Shown here: one piece after another, positions 21,371-30,533 of the stretch
Position numbering within the stretch: the first letter of the stretch is position 1
Layout: every line of letters starts with the position of its first letter
Source of the DNA: an uncultured Candidatus Actinomarina sp.
GTDB lineage: Bacteria; Actinomycetota; Acidimicrobiia; Actinomarinales; Actinomarinaceae
DNA length: 64,000 nt
Reading direction: 5' to 3'
NCBI GenBank assembly: GCA_902615855.1
Contig: CACMQN010000004.1
Location: 61,672-125,671 of the forward strand
The notes under the pieces: generated by a model
Told to the model about the DNA's origin: nothing
Database searches by the model: none
What the model saw: only the letters and a program-made list of their open reading frames with translations
Translations under genes and position numbers: made by a program

Positions 21371-22887
21371 CTTAAAACTCTCTCTCTTAAGAAAATAACA
21401 AATGCAATAATTACTATTAGATAATTAAAATAATTTCCAAACAAACTAAATGGAGTTTGTGAGTTAATTGGATTTATGTTTTCGTTTAAGATTTCAGATG
21501 TGAATAAATTTGTCTGTGATAAAACCTTTCCATTATTGTCGATGAATGCAGATTTTCCAGTTATTGCAGAATGTATGACAGGCCTATCATTTGAAATCGC
21601 ATTTGCACGAGACATTAATATAAATTGATCCGACATTCCACTTTCTCCATAGCTGGCTTGATTTGTAAGAATTACAATAATCTCTGCTCCAGCCTGAACA
21701 CTACTTCGAATATATCTTTGAAATGATCCCTCAAAAGAAATCACAGAGGCCAATTTATGTGATCCCATTTGAAATATTTTCTCTTGTTCTCCCCTAATCA
21801 TATCTCTTGGAACTAGCGAAAGGGAAGGGATCCAATCAAGATATCTCCTAAAAGGAATGTACTCTCCAAAAGGAACTGGATGTTGTTTCAGATATTGATC
21901 TACAATTTTTCCCTGATTGTTGATAAATAGACCATAATTTTCAAAATTAGCTTCCCGTATTGGTCTGTCTCCACCAATTAAAAAATAAGAATTTAACCTC
22001 TCAACTTCTATTTGAATATCGGTCAAGACCCGATCGTGAATGAGAGGATCATTGTTAAAACCGGTCGCGCTTTCAGGCCAAATAATCAGATCTTTTTCAG
22101 AGCTAATACTTTTTGTTAAGCTTATATGACTTTCATATATTCTTGCTCTTTCATTATTACATCTGTTTTTTGCTCCAGGACAAGGACTGTTTCCCTGGAC
22201 AATCACAACACTAATCTGTTCAGATTTATTATTTTTGTCTAATAAATTAAAACTGTCGTTTAGTAAAAATAATGAAAGAGGTGTAAATATTAAAATGAAA
22301 AATACTAGAGAATCTTTCAAGTATGTATATTTCTTTTTATTTTCAAGTACAAATAAGACAACTAAAAGAGTCAACGATTGAATGATTAAAGAATAACCTG
22401 TCGGACCAAATGTTTTAAAAATGCTTGGTAGGAGATTGAACGAGGTATCTCTATATCCTGAAATTAAAACTGTTGAAGTTGAGCCCCATGGAAAACCACC
22501 AAATGGAAAGTAAGCCCTTAGTAAATCAAAAGTACTTATTATTCCGATCAATATAAAAAAATTGTTATTAGTTTTTACTGCAATATATTTAAACAGTTTT
22601 CCATAAAATCCATATAAAAGACCCATAAGAACAGAAAGAGGAATCCAAGCTTCGTAACCAATTGATTGGATACCAAATAAAATTACGCCAAATGATAGTG
22701 CTCCAAATAATAGGCCTGAAAGAAATGGTTTACTACTTAATAAAATCCCTGAGAAAAAAAAGAACAGGGATGGAAATATTAAATACCAGAAGTTAAATGG
22801 GGGAAAGCTCAAAAAAAATAGGACTGAGGATATTATGACTCTAATATTCATTATCTTTTTAATGTTAACTCCGAATTTAAATTTCAA
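21367..22887 (-). CDS. lnt: Apolipoprotein N-acyltransferase homologue (Lnt), with Ser at the position of the catalytic Cys
   Basis: N-terminal polytopic membrane domain plus C-terminal CN-hydrolase domain: E (IIWPESA), K (YLKQHPVPFGEYIP), and SVISFEGSF where Lnt has ICYE. Read from the minus strand as gcc tct gtg att tct ttt gag. Confidence 0.8.
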   Translation of the reverse strand: MKFKFGVNIKKIMNIRVIISSVLFFLSFPPFNFWYLIFPSLFFFFSGILLSSKPFLSGLLFGALSFGVILFGIQSIGYEAWIPLSVLMGLLYGFYGKLFKYIAVKTNNNFFILIGIISTFDLLRAYFPFGGFPWGSTSTVLISGYRDTSFNLLPSIFKTFGPTGYSLIIQSLTLLVVLFVLENKKKYTYLKDSLVFFILIFTPLSLFLLNDSFNLLDKNNKSEQISVVIVQGNSPCPGAKNRCNNERARIYESHISLTKSISSEKDLIIWPESATGFNNDPLIHDRVLTDIQIEVERLNSYFLIGGDRPIREANFENYGLFINNQGKIVDQYLKQHPVPFGEYIPFRRYLDWIPSLSLVPRDMIRGEQEKIFQMGSHKLASVISFEGSFQRYIRSSVQAGAEIIVILTNQASYGESGMSDQFILMSRANAISNDRPVIHSAITGKSAFIDNNGKVLSQTNLFTSEILNENINPINSQTPFSLFGNYFNYLIVIIAFVIFLRERVLS

Positions 22888-22889
22888 AA

Positions 22890-23624
22890 CTAAATTATAT
22901 TTCTGAATATAACTACCAATCCTGAGATTATTGAAAAGTATGTTACGGCTTTTGAAATTGCATTGTCAGAGACATCTGAAAACAGTAAGGAAGATATTTT
23001 TAATCCTATAGCAACTGGAATCGCAAGATATAAAAATAAGACTATGTGATCTCTATAAATCTCACCACTAAAAAGCAAAAGACTTAGTGTTATCATTATT
23101 CCAAACGTAAAAACAGCGTTTAACGATGGTCTGAACTCCTTACCAGAAGCTCCTCGATATAAAATTGCAATAGGAGGGCCCCCTACTCCTGCAATCATTG
23201 CAAATATTCCAGATAATGTTCCAGCGATCCATGACGAATTATTATTCCTATTCACAGTCCAGTTAAATAATGTTGCAATACCTGCAAAAAGCACAATTGC
23301 TCCTACGCTTATTGAAAGTAGTTTCTCGTTCAAATTAATAAGGAGCAATAAACCCAAAGGGCCACCAATAATTCTTCCTAGGAATAAGAATTTAAACGGT
23401 TTCCAATCTACTTCTTTTTTTTCACGTTGATATATACGAAAAGCCATAGGCAAGGCAAGTAAACTTAGAATTTGTGGCACAAGTAGTGGCTCAATTTGGA
23501 CAAGTATTGGTGAAGAAATAACAGCAAAGCCAAAACCTAATATTCCTTGGATCGCTGCACTTACAAATAGAAGTATTGAAATAAATATAAGCTCAACAAG
23601 GGAAAGATCAAATGGATATGTCAA
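22890..23624 (-). CDS. TauE/SafE (TSUP, DUF81) family anion exporter
   Basis: 244 aa, about 8 TM helices, glycine-rich TSUP-type repeats. TTG start overlaps the stop of the upstream SelW-like gene (TTGA). Confidence 0.75.
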   Translation of the reverse strand: MTYPFDLSLVELIFISILLFVSAAIQGILGFGFAVISSPILVQIEPLLVPQILSLLALPMAFRIYQREKKEVDWKPFKFLFLGRIIGGPLGLLLLINLNEKLLSISVGAIVLFAGIATLFNWTVNRNNNSSWIAGTLSGIFAMIAGVGGPPIAILYRGASGKEFRPSLNAVFTFGIMITLSLLLFSGEIYRDHIVLFLYLAIPVAIGLKISSLLFSDVSDNAISKAVTYFSIISGLVVIFRNII

Positions 23625-23857
23625 CTAAGTGCTTTTTCCATTAACTCTAATATTTCACCTTCGTTTGTATGCCTTCCAGTTTCAAGTTTTGAATAAATAA
23701 GTTCACCATTTAAATACAATTCAAAAACACCACCTGTTCCTGGAATAAGATCAATCGATTTTACTTCTTTTCCGTATTTTTCAAGTATGTCTTCTACCGT
23801 ACTAACTGCACGGGGTGTATAGTTTCAAACAATACAAAATTCTAGTTTGATTTCCAT
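23621..23857 (-). CDS. SelW/Rdx-family redox protein, probable selenoprotein (in-frame TGA = Sec at codon 11, CxxU motif)
   Basis: Hand translation gives MEIKLEFCIV-U-NYTPRAVSTVEDILEKYGKEVKSIDLIPGTGGVFELYLNGELIYSKLETGRHTNEGEILELMEKALS. It aligns to the SelW CxxU...G.GG.FEV..G.LI.SK pattern. The TGA (23825-23827) sits exactly at the Sec position. A 6-bp hairpin CCGUGC-AGUUA-GUACGG starts 11 nt after the UGA, the typical bacterial SECIS spacing. It is missed by the ORF track because of the TGA. Confidence 0.7.
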
Positions 23858-23892
23858 AAACAAATGTTACTATACGTAGCTGGATAAAAAGT

Positions 23893-23908
23893 TTGCAAAA
23901 ACTTGCAG
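23893..23908 (+). promoter_or_regulatory. TTGCAA-N4-TTGCAG hexamer repeat (Nur/Fur-family-box-like) in the promoter region of the zinc-ribbon/copZ/copA operon
   Basis: Seen in sequence. 16 of 17 nt match AAAAAGTTTGCAAWAAC, which is also present upstream of cbiMN (59968-59992). Confidence 0.3.
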
Positions 23909-23930
23909 GTTTTTCAAATGTTTGTTAAGC

Positions 23931-23948
23931 TTGTGAATATATTCACAA
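23931..23948 (+). promoter_or_regulatory. Perfect 18-bp palindrome TTGTGAATATATTCACAA (TGTGA-N6-TCACA, CRP/FNR-family consensus), 14 nt upstream of the operon ATG
   Basis: Seen in sequence; matches the CRP/GlxR half-site consensus exactly. Confidence 0.4.
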
Positions 23949-23961
23949 AGTGGGGAATTAA

Positions 23962-24156
23962 ATGACTGACGGATTAAAAGCAAGTCAAATTAAAGGTGGT
24001 ATAAGACCTTCAAAAAGTTTTGACCAGGGCAGAGTTTGTAAAGAAGAATCTTGCAATACTCAACTAAGTATCTATAACAAAAGAGAGCACTGCTTTAACC
24101 ATGCTCCTGTTAAATACCCAAGAGTTAGAGGAAGAATTCTTCAAGAAACTGCATAA
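23962..24156 (+). CDS. Small basic zinc-ribbon protein (C-x4-C-x12-C-x2-H), paralog B; first gene of the copZ-copA operon
   Basis: 64 aa. It is a paralogue of 2588-2791 with the same cysteine/histidine spacing and the conserved C-terminal YPRVRG. Confidence 0.6.
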   Translation: MTDGLKASQIKGGIRPSKSFDQGRVCKEESCNTQLSIYNKREHCFNHAPVKYPRVRGRILQETA

Positions 24157-24207
24157 GTTTAAAAATTCAACTTAACAATATAAACAACTAACAATTATTA
24201 TTCTATT

Positions 24208-24411
24208 ATGGCTACCAAATTTAACGTTCCCGAAATAAGTTGTGATCATTGTAAAAGTACGATTGTAAACACTTTGTCAGGTGTTGAAAATATTGAATCA
24301 GTTGATGTTGACGTTCAGACAAAAAATGTAACACTGGAGTCCTCAGAAGAGATAAATTTAGATCTTGTTAAATCACTTCTTGATGAACAAGGCTATACCG
24401 TTGTCAGCTGA
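24208..24411 (+). CDS. copZ: Copper chaperone CopZ (heavy-metal-associated domain)
   Basis: 67 aa with the ferredoxin-like HMA fold and an N-terminal SCDHC metal-binding loop. Confidence 0.85.
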   Translation: MATKFNVPEISCDHCKSTIVNTLSGVENIESVDVDVQTKNVTLESSEEINLDLVKSLLDEQGYTVVS

Positions 24412-26443
24412 GACAAAAACGTTAGTTTTATCTGTTGAAGGAATGACCTGTGCAGCATGTGCTGCAAGAATAGAGAGAGTTCTAACAAAAGAAAAATCTG
24501 TCAAAGATGTAGTTGTAAACTTCCCCCTAAAAAAAGCAATCTTAGAAGTTAACACCGAAGATAATAATTCGGATGAATATATTCAACGAATTAGATCAAT
24601 TGGATATTCAGCACGAGAAGAAATAGCTGAGGAGAAAAAAAGTAATACAAGAAAATTTCTTACTCCGTTTCTTGCTCTAATACTTACACTTAGTATCAAC
24701 CCACTCATTGGGGCTGATCAAGGTCTCGCCGCATTAGGAGTAGGTTCACTAATAATTTTTGTTTTTGGTAGAAAATTTCACGTATCTGCTTTAAAAAATA
24801 TAAAAAAACTTAATTTCAATATGGATACATTAATCTCTATTGGTAGTCTCTCCTCTTTCGCCATTGGAATTTTGCCAAATAATGGAGAATTAATGTACTT
24901 AGAAACAGGAGGATTTATAATTAGCTTCATTCTCCTTGGTAAGACTATAGAAGATATTTCAATTAAGTCATCTATTTCAGTATCAGATTCCATAATCGAA
25001 AGTATTCCCAAAGATGTAAATGTTTACGAAAACCAAATAATTGTTCGCATGCCTTTAAATCAAATTGAAATTGGTGATGTCATCATAGTTAAGAAAGGCG
25101 AAATCATTCCTCTTGATGGTGTAATCATACGTGGTAGTTCTGAAGTTGATGAAAGTGTAATCTCTGGTGAATCCGAACCTCTTATAAAAAAAGAGGGTGA
25201 TGAAATTGTATCTGGTTCAATTAATCTTGGTGATGATATTGAAGTTGAAGTAGTAAAAAAAGAGGGAGAAACAACATTAAACCACATTGAAAAATTGATT
25301 TTGAAAGCCCAAACAAGTAAGCCAGAAGTTCAAGATCTCGTAGATAAAATAACAAATATCTTTGTTCCTTCTATTTTGATTTTAAGTTTTGCAAATATGA
25401 TATTTAAATTATTTGTATTAGAAAATGATTTTTCAGAGACAATCAGTTCAACAATTGCAATTCTTGTTGTTGCCTGCCCTTGTGCCCTAGGCCTTGCAAC
25501 TCCTATCGTATTATTTAGGACTGCCTCAGTTTCAAATCGTAATGGCTTTATTTTTAAAAATTTTGACTATCTTCAAAGATTCAAAAATTTAGACATAATA
25601 GTTTTTGATAAAACTGGAACTCTTACATCTGGTATTTTCAAAATAGAAAGCATCTCAGACTCAAAAGGTAAAATTGTTGATGATGAAGTATTGAGAGTGC
25701 TTGCGTCTGTTGAACAAAAATCAAACCATCCTATTGCTAAAAGTATACTTTTAGAATCGGAAATAAAAAATTTAAGTCTCTTCCCTGTAGATAATTTTAT
25801 TGAAACACCAGGAATTGGTGTTAGTGGAGTTGTTGAAAACAAAAAAGTTTCTGTTTTCAGGTCGCAAGATGATTTAAAAGGGGATCTTGAATTAATAATT
25901 GATAATGAGGAATTTAAGGTAAAGCTAGTAGAAGATAAAACTGTAAATAAAGATATCATTAAAGATCTTTCAAAAGATTATGAAATTGAAATTTTATCAG
26001 GAGACAAAACTGAAAAAGTCCAAGAAATTGGAAATGATTTAAATATCAAAAATGTGTTAGGCAATCAGTCCCCAGAAGATAAATTAAAATATATTCAAGA
26101 AAAACAGATGGATAAAACGGTAGGTTTCATTGGCGATGGAATTAATGATTCACCTGCACTTAAACAAGCAAATGTAAGTTTATCCTTTTCTCAAAGCACA
26201 CAAATCGCGCAAAGTGTTAGCGACATTATTATTTTTAAAGGGGGCCTTGAAATATTAAACAAAATTTTTAATATTTCAAAAAATTCAAACAAAAGAATTA
26301 TTCAAAATTTATTTTTTGCCTTTATATATAACATAATCATGATTCCAATTGCTGTAAGTGGGAGTATTGTTCCAAGTATGGCTGCTTTAGCTATGGCTTT
26401 ATCAAGTTTATCTGTAGTTTTAAACTCATCCAGAAAACTCTAA
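24401..26443 (+). CDS. copA: Copper-translocating P1B-type ATPase
   Basis: HMA domain GMTCAAC, TM CPC motif (ACPCALG), DKTGTLT phosphorylation site, GDGINDSPAL hinge. Start taken at TTG 24401, overlapping the copZ stop. The track begins at TTG 24365. Confidence 0.92.
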   Translation: MSAETKTLVLSVEGMTCAACAARIERVLTKEKSVKDVVVNFPLKKAILEVNTEDNNSDEYIQRIRSIGYSAREEIAEEKKSNTRKFLTPFLALILTLSINPLIGADQGLAALGVGSLIIFVFGRKFHVSALKNIKKLNFNMDTLISIGSLSSFAIGILPNNGELMYLETGGFIISFILLGKTIEDISIKSSISVSDSIIESIPKDVNVYENQIIVRMPLNQIEIGDVIIVKKGEIIPLDGVIIRGSSEVDESVISGESEPLIKKEGDEIVSGSINLGDDIEVEVVKKEGETTLNHIEKLILKAQTSKPEVQDLVDKITNIFVPSILILSFANMIFKLFVLENDFSETISSTIAILVVACPCALGLATPIVLFRTASVSNRNGFIFKNFDYLQRFKNLDIIVFDKTGTLTSGIFKIESISDSKGKIVDDEVLRVLASVEQKSNHPIAKSILLESEIKNLSLFPVDNFIETPGIGVSGVVENKKVSVFRSQDDLKGDLELIIDNEEFKVKLVEDKTVNKDIIKDLSKDYEIEILSGDKTEKVQEIGNDLNIKNVLGNQSPEDKLKYIQEKQMDKTVGFIGDGINDSPALKQANVSLSFSQSTQIAQSVSDIIIFKGGLEILNKIFNISKNSNKRIIQNLFFAFIYNIIMIPIAVSGSIVPSMAALAMALSSLSVVLNSSRKL

Positions 26444-26484
26444 TTTCTTTTTATATAAAATTTTTTAAATATTAACCTTCGTTT

Positions 26485-27336
26485 ATGGAAGATGTTGTTT
26501 GGTATAGAAAGCCACTTCTATCTGACCCTGTAGCAATTCTTGCTTTTGAGGGATGGAGTGACGCTGGTAACACTGCAAGTGGTTGTATTGAAAATATTTG
26601 TGGTACCTATGATGTCGAACCATTCGCAGAACTTAATTCCGAGGGATTTTATAACTATCAAATGAGAAGACCCGTTGTTGAAGTAAAAGCAATTGGGGAA
26701 AGAAATTTTCACTGGCCACAAACAACTTTTTATTCTATTGAAGATTACAAGCTTAAAAGAGAAGTGATCTTAGTCTTTGGAGAAGAACCTTCAATGAAAT
26801 GGAAAAAATATTCACAGAATATATCAGAAGTACTAATTGAACTTGGGGTAAAAAGAGCAGTTACTTTAGGTGCATTCTTTGGCCAAGTTGCACATACTTT
26901 ACCAGTACCAATATTTGGTGTAAGCGATGATCCAACTTTTAATTCAAGATTTAATGTACTTCCAACAAATTATTCTGGACCTACTGGAATAACTAGTGTA
27001 GTTGGCCATGACTTAAGAAGTAACGGAATAGAAACTTCAGGTTTATGGGCAGCAGTTCCCCATTATTTAAGTTCTGGCGCTTACCCAAAGGGTATCGGTG
27101 CCTTAATGAATAAAACTTCTGAAATCTTAAAAATTGATATAGATGATTCAGGTATTCAATCAGAAGGACAACAGTTTGATACAAAAATTAGTAAAGCTAT
27201 GGAGAACTCTGAAGATCTCGCCGAATACGTATCAAAACTTGAAGAGGCAGAGGTAAGCATTGAAGATAGTTTTTCAGAGGATAGTCTAGTTGAGGAAATT
27301 GAAGATTTTCTTAATAGTGAAGGTAGAGAGTATTAG
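26485..27336 (+). CDS. PAC2-family protein (proteasome-assembly-chaperone-like, actinobacterial)
   Basis: 283 aa. AFEGWSDAGN motif characteristic of actinobacterial PAC2 proteins, plus an acidic C-terminus. Confidence 0.6.
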   Translation: MEDVVWYRKPLLSDPVAILAFEGWSDAGNTASGCIENICGTYDVEPFAELNSEGFYNYQMRRPVVEVKAIGERNFHWPQTTFYSIEDYKLKREVILVFGEEPSMKWKKYSQNISEVLIELGVKRAVTLGAFFGQVAHTLPVPIFGVSDDPTFNSRFNVLPTNYSGPTGITSVVGHDLRSNGIETSGLWAAVPHYLSSGAYPKGIGALMNKTSEILKIDIDDSGIQSEGQQFDTKISKAMENSEDLAEYVSKLEEAEVSIEDSFSEDSLVEEIEDFLNSEGREY

Positions 27337-27428
27337 ACAGACTTCTTTTTATGTCTATTTGATTTTCGACGTTTTCGGTATTTATGTTTAGACATTTTCT
27401 TACGTCTTTTTTTAATCAAAGATCCCAT
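27333..27428 (-). CDS. Ribosomal protein bS22 (31-aa, highly basic; mycobacterial Rv0500B-type)
   Basis: Hand translation MGSLIKKRRKKMSKHKYRKRRKSNRHKKKSV, cf. mycobacterial MGSVIKKRRKRMSKKKHRK... It is too short for the ORF track, and its stop overlaps the convergent PAC2 stop. Confidence 0.75.
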   Translation of the reverse strand: MGSLIKKRRKKMSKHKYRKRRKSNRHKKKSV

Positions 27429-27497
27429 AAAATTTAAATTTATCCTTTTTTCGTACTGCGAAATTCTAACCCAAGTAGATTAATATAGTTAAATCTT

Positions 27498-28343
27498 TTA
27501 AGAAAAATTATTATCATACTTTTCTAGTGCGGAAATTAATGCTTCTTGACCTCTATTGTCTTTTGGAGATTTTCTTTTTGCCCAGAAGCCCCAAGTAATC
27601 ATTGATAAAATCTGAAATAATTCCATTTTTGTTTTAATTTGATCATTGTTAATTCCAATTTTTGAATAAATATCGTTAATTATTTCGGTATTATCTTCTA
27701 GCTCGTTCTGCCATATAAAATCTGCGTAGTCAAAGAATGGATCCCCTTGTGATGAGTATTCCCAGTCAATCAAATATGCTTTTTCATTAAAATAAACAAA
27801 ATTAGCATGATAGAGGTCTTGATGACATGGCTTATTATCAAGGCCAATTTTGTTCAGTTCTTTGACTATCTCTTCGCCAACAGTTTTTGCCTCATCTTCA
27901 ATTATTTCATTCGTTTTGACTAATTTTTTAAAAACGTTGAGAGGAGAGAAGTTTTCCTTAAATTTTAGATCTGAATTATGCAGAATAGTTAGAAGATTCA
28001 ATGCATCATCTCTAAATTTTTTATCAAGCATATCAGTTGATTTAAAGGTATATAAATCTTCAAAATATTCTGAAATTTTTAGACCAGTGTCTTTTTCAAA
28101 AACAATTAATGGTAATGATATTCCGATACTTTGAATTAGTTCTTCATTATATCCTTCAGTTATTCTATTTATTAAATCTGGATTTTCTCCAGGCACTCTA
28201 AGAACATACTTTTTTTCACCTATCTCAACTTTATAGTTAAGATTTGTAACACTCACCAAAGTAGAAATTTTGTATCTGCTTTCATCTTTAATTGAGGAAA
28301 TATCAAATCTATTAAATATATCAACTATATCTTTTGTATCCAT
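27498..28343 (-). CDS. Phosphotransferase-family kinase (choline/ethanolamine-kinase / APH-like)
   Basis: Brenner motif HQDLYHANF and the IDWEYS..GDPFFD catalytic loop. Confidence 0.7.
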   Translation of the reverse strand: MDTKDIVDIFNRFDISSIKDESRYKISTLVSVTNLNYKVEIGEKKYVLRVPGENPDLINRITEGYNEELIQSIGISLPLIVFEKDTGLKISEYFEDLYTFKSTDMLDKKFRDDALNLLTILHNSDLKFKENFSPLNVFKKLVKTNEIIEDEAKTVGEEIVKELNKIGLDNKPCHQDLYHANFVYFNEKAYLIDWEYSSQGDPFFDYADFIWQNELEDNTEIINDIYSKIGINNDQIKTKMELFQILSMITWGFWAKRKSPKDNRGQEALISALEKYDNNFS

Positions 28344-28570
28344 TATTTTATTATGATAACAATAATGTCATGAATGACCCATTTGCACTCGATTTAACTA
28401 TAAGACTTTTATTGTTAGGTCTAGGCTCGGCTATGTTCGCTGGTAGCTTTCTTGCTTTTATAAAAAAAGACAAAAACGATAATGAGTTTTATAAATCAAG
28501 AACAATTTTTTTAGGGACAACAGGATTCATAATTACTATATGGACGGTTGCTTCTTTGCTAAATAATTAA
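28334..28570 (+). CDS. Small two-TM membrane protein, hypothetical
   Basis: 78 aa with two hydrophobic helices. Confidence 0.35.
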   Translation: MYPLFYYDNNNVMNDPFALDLTIRLLLLGLGSAMFAGSFLAFIKKDKNDNEFYKSRTIFLGTTGFIITIWTVASLLNN

Positions 28571-28616
28571 AAGCAAAAATATTTAGATTAGTATATTCTT
28601 TAAATGTGAGGAAAAA

Positions 28617-29180
28617 ATGCTTTCAGATAAAGATATTAAAAAAGCCTTAAAAGATAAGTGGATTGAAATATCACCTTTAAATAAAGCATTTATACAACCA
28701 TCTAGTGTTGATTTAAGGGTCGGAACAGAATTCAGAGTTTTTGAGAATCATAAATATAGTCATATAGATCCAAAATCACCTCAGGAAGATTTAACTACTG
28801 TTGTGGAAGCTTCAAAAGACGAGCCATTTGTCCTCCATCCTGGTGAATTTGTTTTGGGTACAACCTATGAAAAAGTTGCTCTATCAAATAAAATTGTTGC
28901 CAGACTAGAAGGTAAGTCATCACTTGGAAGGATAGGTTTATTAATTCACTCAACTGCAGGATTTGTTGACCCTGGATTTTCAGGTTATTTAACATTAGAA
29001 CTTTCAAATGTTGCAAACTTACCAATCAAAATATATCCAGAAATGAAAATTGGACAAATATCTTTCTATTATTTAAATTCACCTTCAGAGGCTGAGTACG
29101 GTGACAAAAGCTATGGAAGTAAGTATCAAGGCCAAGAAGGTCCTACACCAAGTAAAAGCCATAGCGATTTTAGCAACTAA
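28617..29180 (+). CDS. dcd: dCTP deaminase
   Basis: 187 aa, dUTPase-fold Dcd family (SSVDLRVG..., GF.G.LTLE). Confidence 0.85.
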   Translation: MLSDKDIKKALKDKWIEISPLNKAFIQPSSVDLRVGTEFRVFENHKYSHIDPKSPQEDLTTVVEASKDEPFVLHPGEFVLGTTYEKVALSNKIVARLEGKSSLGRIGLLIHSTAGFVDPGFSGYLTLELSNVANLPIKIYPEMKIGQISFYYLNSPSEAEYGDKSYGSKYQGQEGPTPSKSHSDFSN

Positions 29181-29863
29181 TGATTCCAGGAATTGGAACA
29201 CTAATTAATGGATTTGCTGTTATTGTCTCTGGTATTCTTGCCCGAATAATATTTAAAAAAGAACTGAAAAACTTTGATGAAAATCTTCTTCCACTTGGTC
29301 TTTTAGTTTTGGCTTTAGGGTTTAGAGAAACTTTAAAAAGTCCAGATTTTATATTCACCCTATTTGCTGTAATAGTTGGCTCTATTATTGGAAGCTATTT
29401 AAAGATTGAAAATAGAGTAAAAAAATTTGGAGATTATCTCTATTTAAAATTTGAAAAAGGCGAAAGTGATCAAACTAAATTTATAGAAAGCTATCTTACA
29501 ACTACATTAATTGTAATTACTGGACCACTAGCAATTATTGGGCCGTTCTTTGATGTTGTCGAGTCAAACTTAGAACTGTTATTAATAAAAACTGCTTTAG
29601 ATTGTTTCCTGGTAATTTTCATAACATCTAGTGGCGGTAAAGGTGCTGTATATTCTGGTGTGTCAATATTAATCTATCAAGGAATGTTTACTTTGTTTGC
29701 TTTACTAATTAACACAAATATTGAACAACAAATATCTGACTCGATTGCGGGAATTGGAGGGGTATTGTTAATAGGTGTTGGAATAAACTTGTTAGGATTG
29801 AAAAAAATTCCCGTAGGAAATTATATGCTTAGTCTTTTTGTTCCGTTTCTTCTAGCATTTTAA
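29180..29863 (+). CDS. DUF554-family membrane protein
   Basis: 227 aa polytopic protein; the N-terminus [20 protein letters not shown] is typical of DUF554. Confidence 0.55.
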   Translation: MIPGIGTLINGFAVIVSGILARIIFKKELKNFDENLLPLGLLVLALGFRETLKSPDFIFTLFAVIVGSIIGSYLKIENRVKKFGDYLYLKFEKGESDQTKFIESYLTTTLIVITGPLAIIGPFFDVVESNLELLLIKTALDCFLVIFITSSGGKGAVYSGVSILIYQGMFTLFALLINTNIEQQISDSIAGIGGVLLIGVGINLLGLKKIPVGNYMLSLFVPFLLAF

Positions 29864-30533
29864 ATTCTCTTAAAGCTCCTTCCACTCCTTCAAAAAGTGA
29901 AATAATTTTTTTAGACTCTTCCTCAAATGACATCGATACGAACTGTTCTTTTTGAACATGAAACCTTCTATTCTTAAAATCTAACTCAATGGGTAAATAT
30001 GGTATATCGAGTTCTTTTGCCAAATAATAAAATCCACTTCTAAATTTTTTAACTTGCTCTGTGCCAGCTTCTGGAGCAATTGCAATAACGTATTCTTCCA
30101 TTTTTGAAAATTCTTCTATGGCACCCTTTATTAATCCTTTTGATTTATTTCTATATACAGGTATTCCTCCAAGTTTTAAAAGTATTATTTTTTGCAACCA
30201 CCCTAAAGGCCAGGGAATTCCTAAACGATCAACATCTTTTGAAAAAGTATAAGGACTTGGAAGTCTGGTAAATATCCATCTTGCACCAAAAAAATTTATC
30301 TTCAAATCCAAAGCCAATACTGCAAGAAGTGCGTACCAAGCATCTCTATTTGCTGTATGAGGTACTCCAATTAATATTATCTTTTTATAGTTCGGAAATT
30401 CACCTGTAATTTCCCAGTTTGAAAGTTTGAGTATTTTTCTACTCAAAGGTCCTAGAAAAACTCTTTTCTTTCTGGGAACTTTATTTGGTATAGAAATCAT
30501 TTTTGTATAAGTAGTTAGCAATTTGAACAGCAT
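29829..30533 (-). CDS. Lysophospholipid (1-acyl-sn-glycerol-3-phosphate) acyltransferase family protein
   Basis: HX4D acyltransferase motif (PHTANRD) and PEAGTE-like motif III. The true start may be the internal Met, with a small overlap onto asd. Confidence 0.65.
   Translation of the reverse strand: MLFKLLTTYTKMISIPNKVPRKKRVFLGPLSRKILKLSNWEITGEFPNYKKIILIGVPHTANRDAWYALLAVLALDLKINFFGARWIFTRLPSPYTFSKDVDRLGIPWPLGWLQKIILLKLGGIPVYRNKSKGLIKGAIEEFSKMEEYVIAIAPEAGTEQVKKFRSGFYYLAKELDIPYLPIELDFKNRRFHVQKEQFVSMSFEEESKKIISLFEGVEGALREFKMLEETEQKD

Noticed and set aside
23825-23827. In-frame TGA in the SelW-like gene considered as a pseudogene, frameshift, or code-4 (TGA=Trp) signal.
   Set aside because: The frame stays open and homologous for 67 more codons. 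TGA aligns precisely with the Sec/Cys of the CxxU/CxxC motif. TGA terminates other genes in the window (e.g. copZ), so the genetic code is standard.
24373-25959. Several minus-strand ORFs inside copA (24373-24555, 24778-25011, 25060-25287, 25573-25959).
   Set aside because: They are Ser/Thr/Ile-rich low-complexity antisense translations of the P-type ATPase gene.
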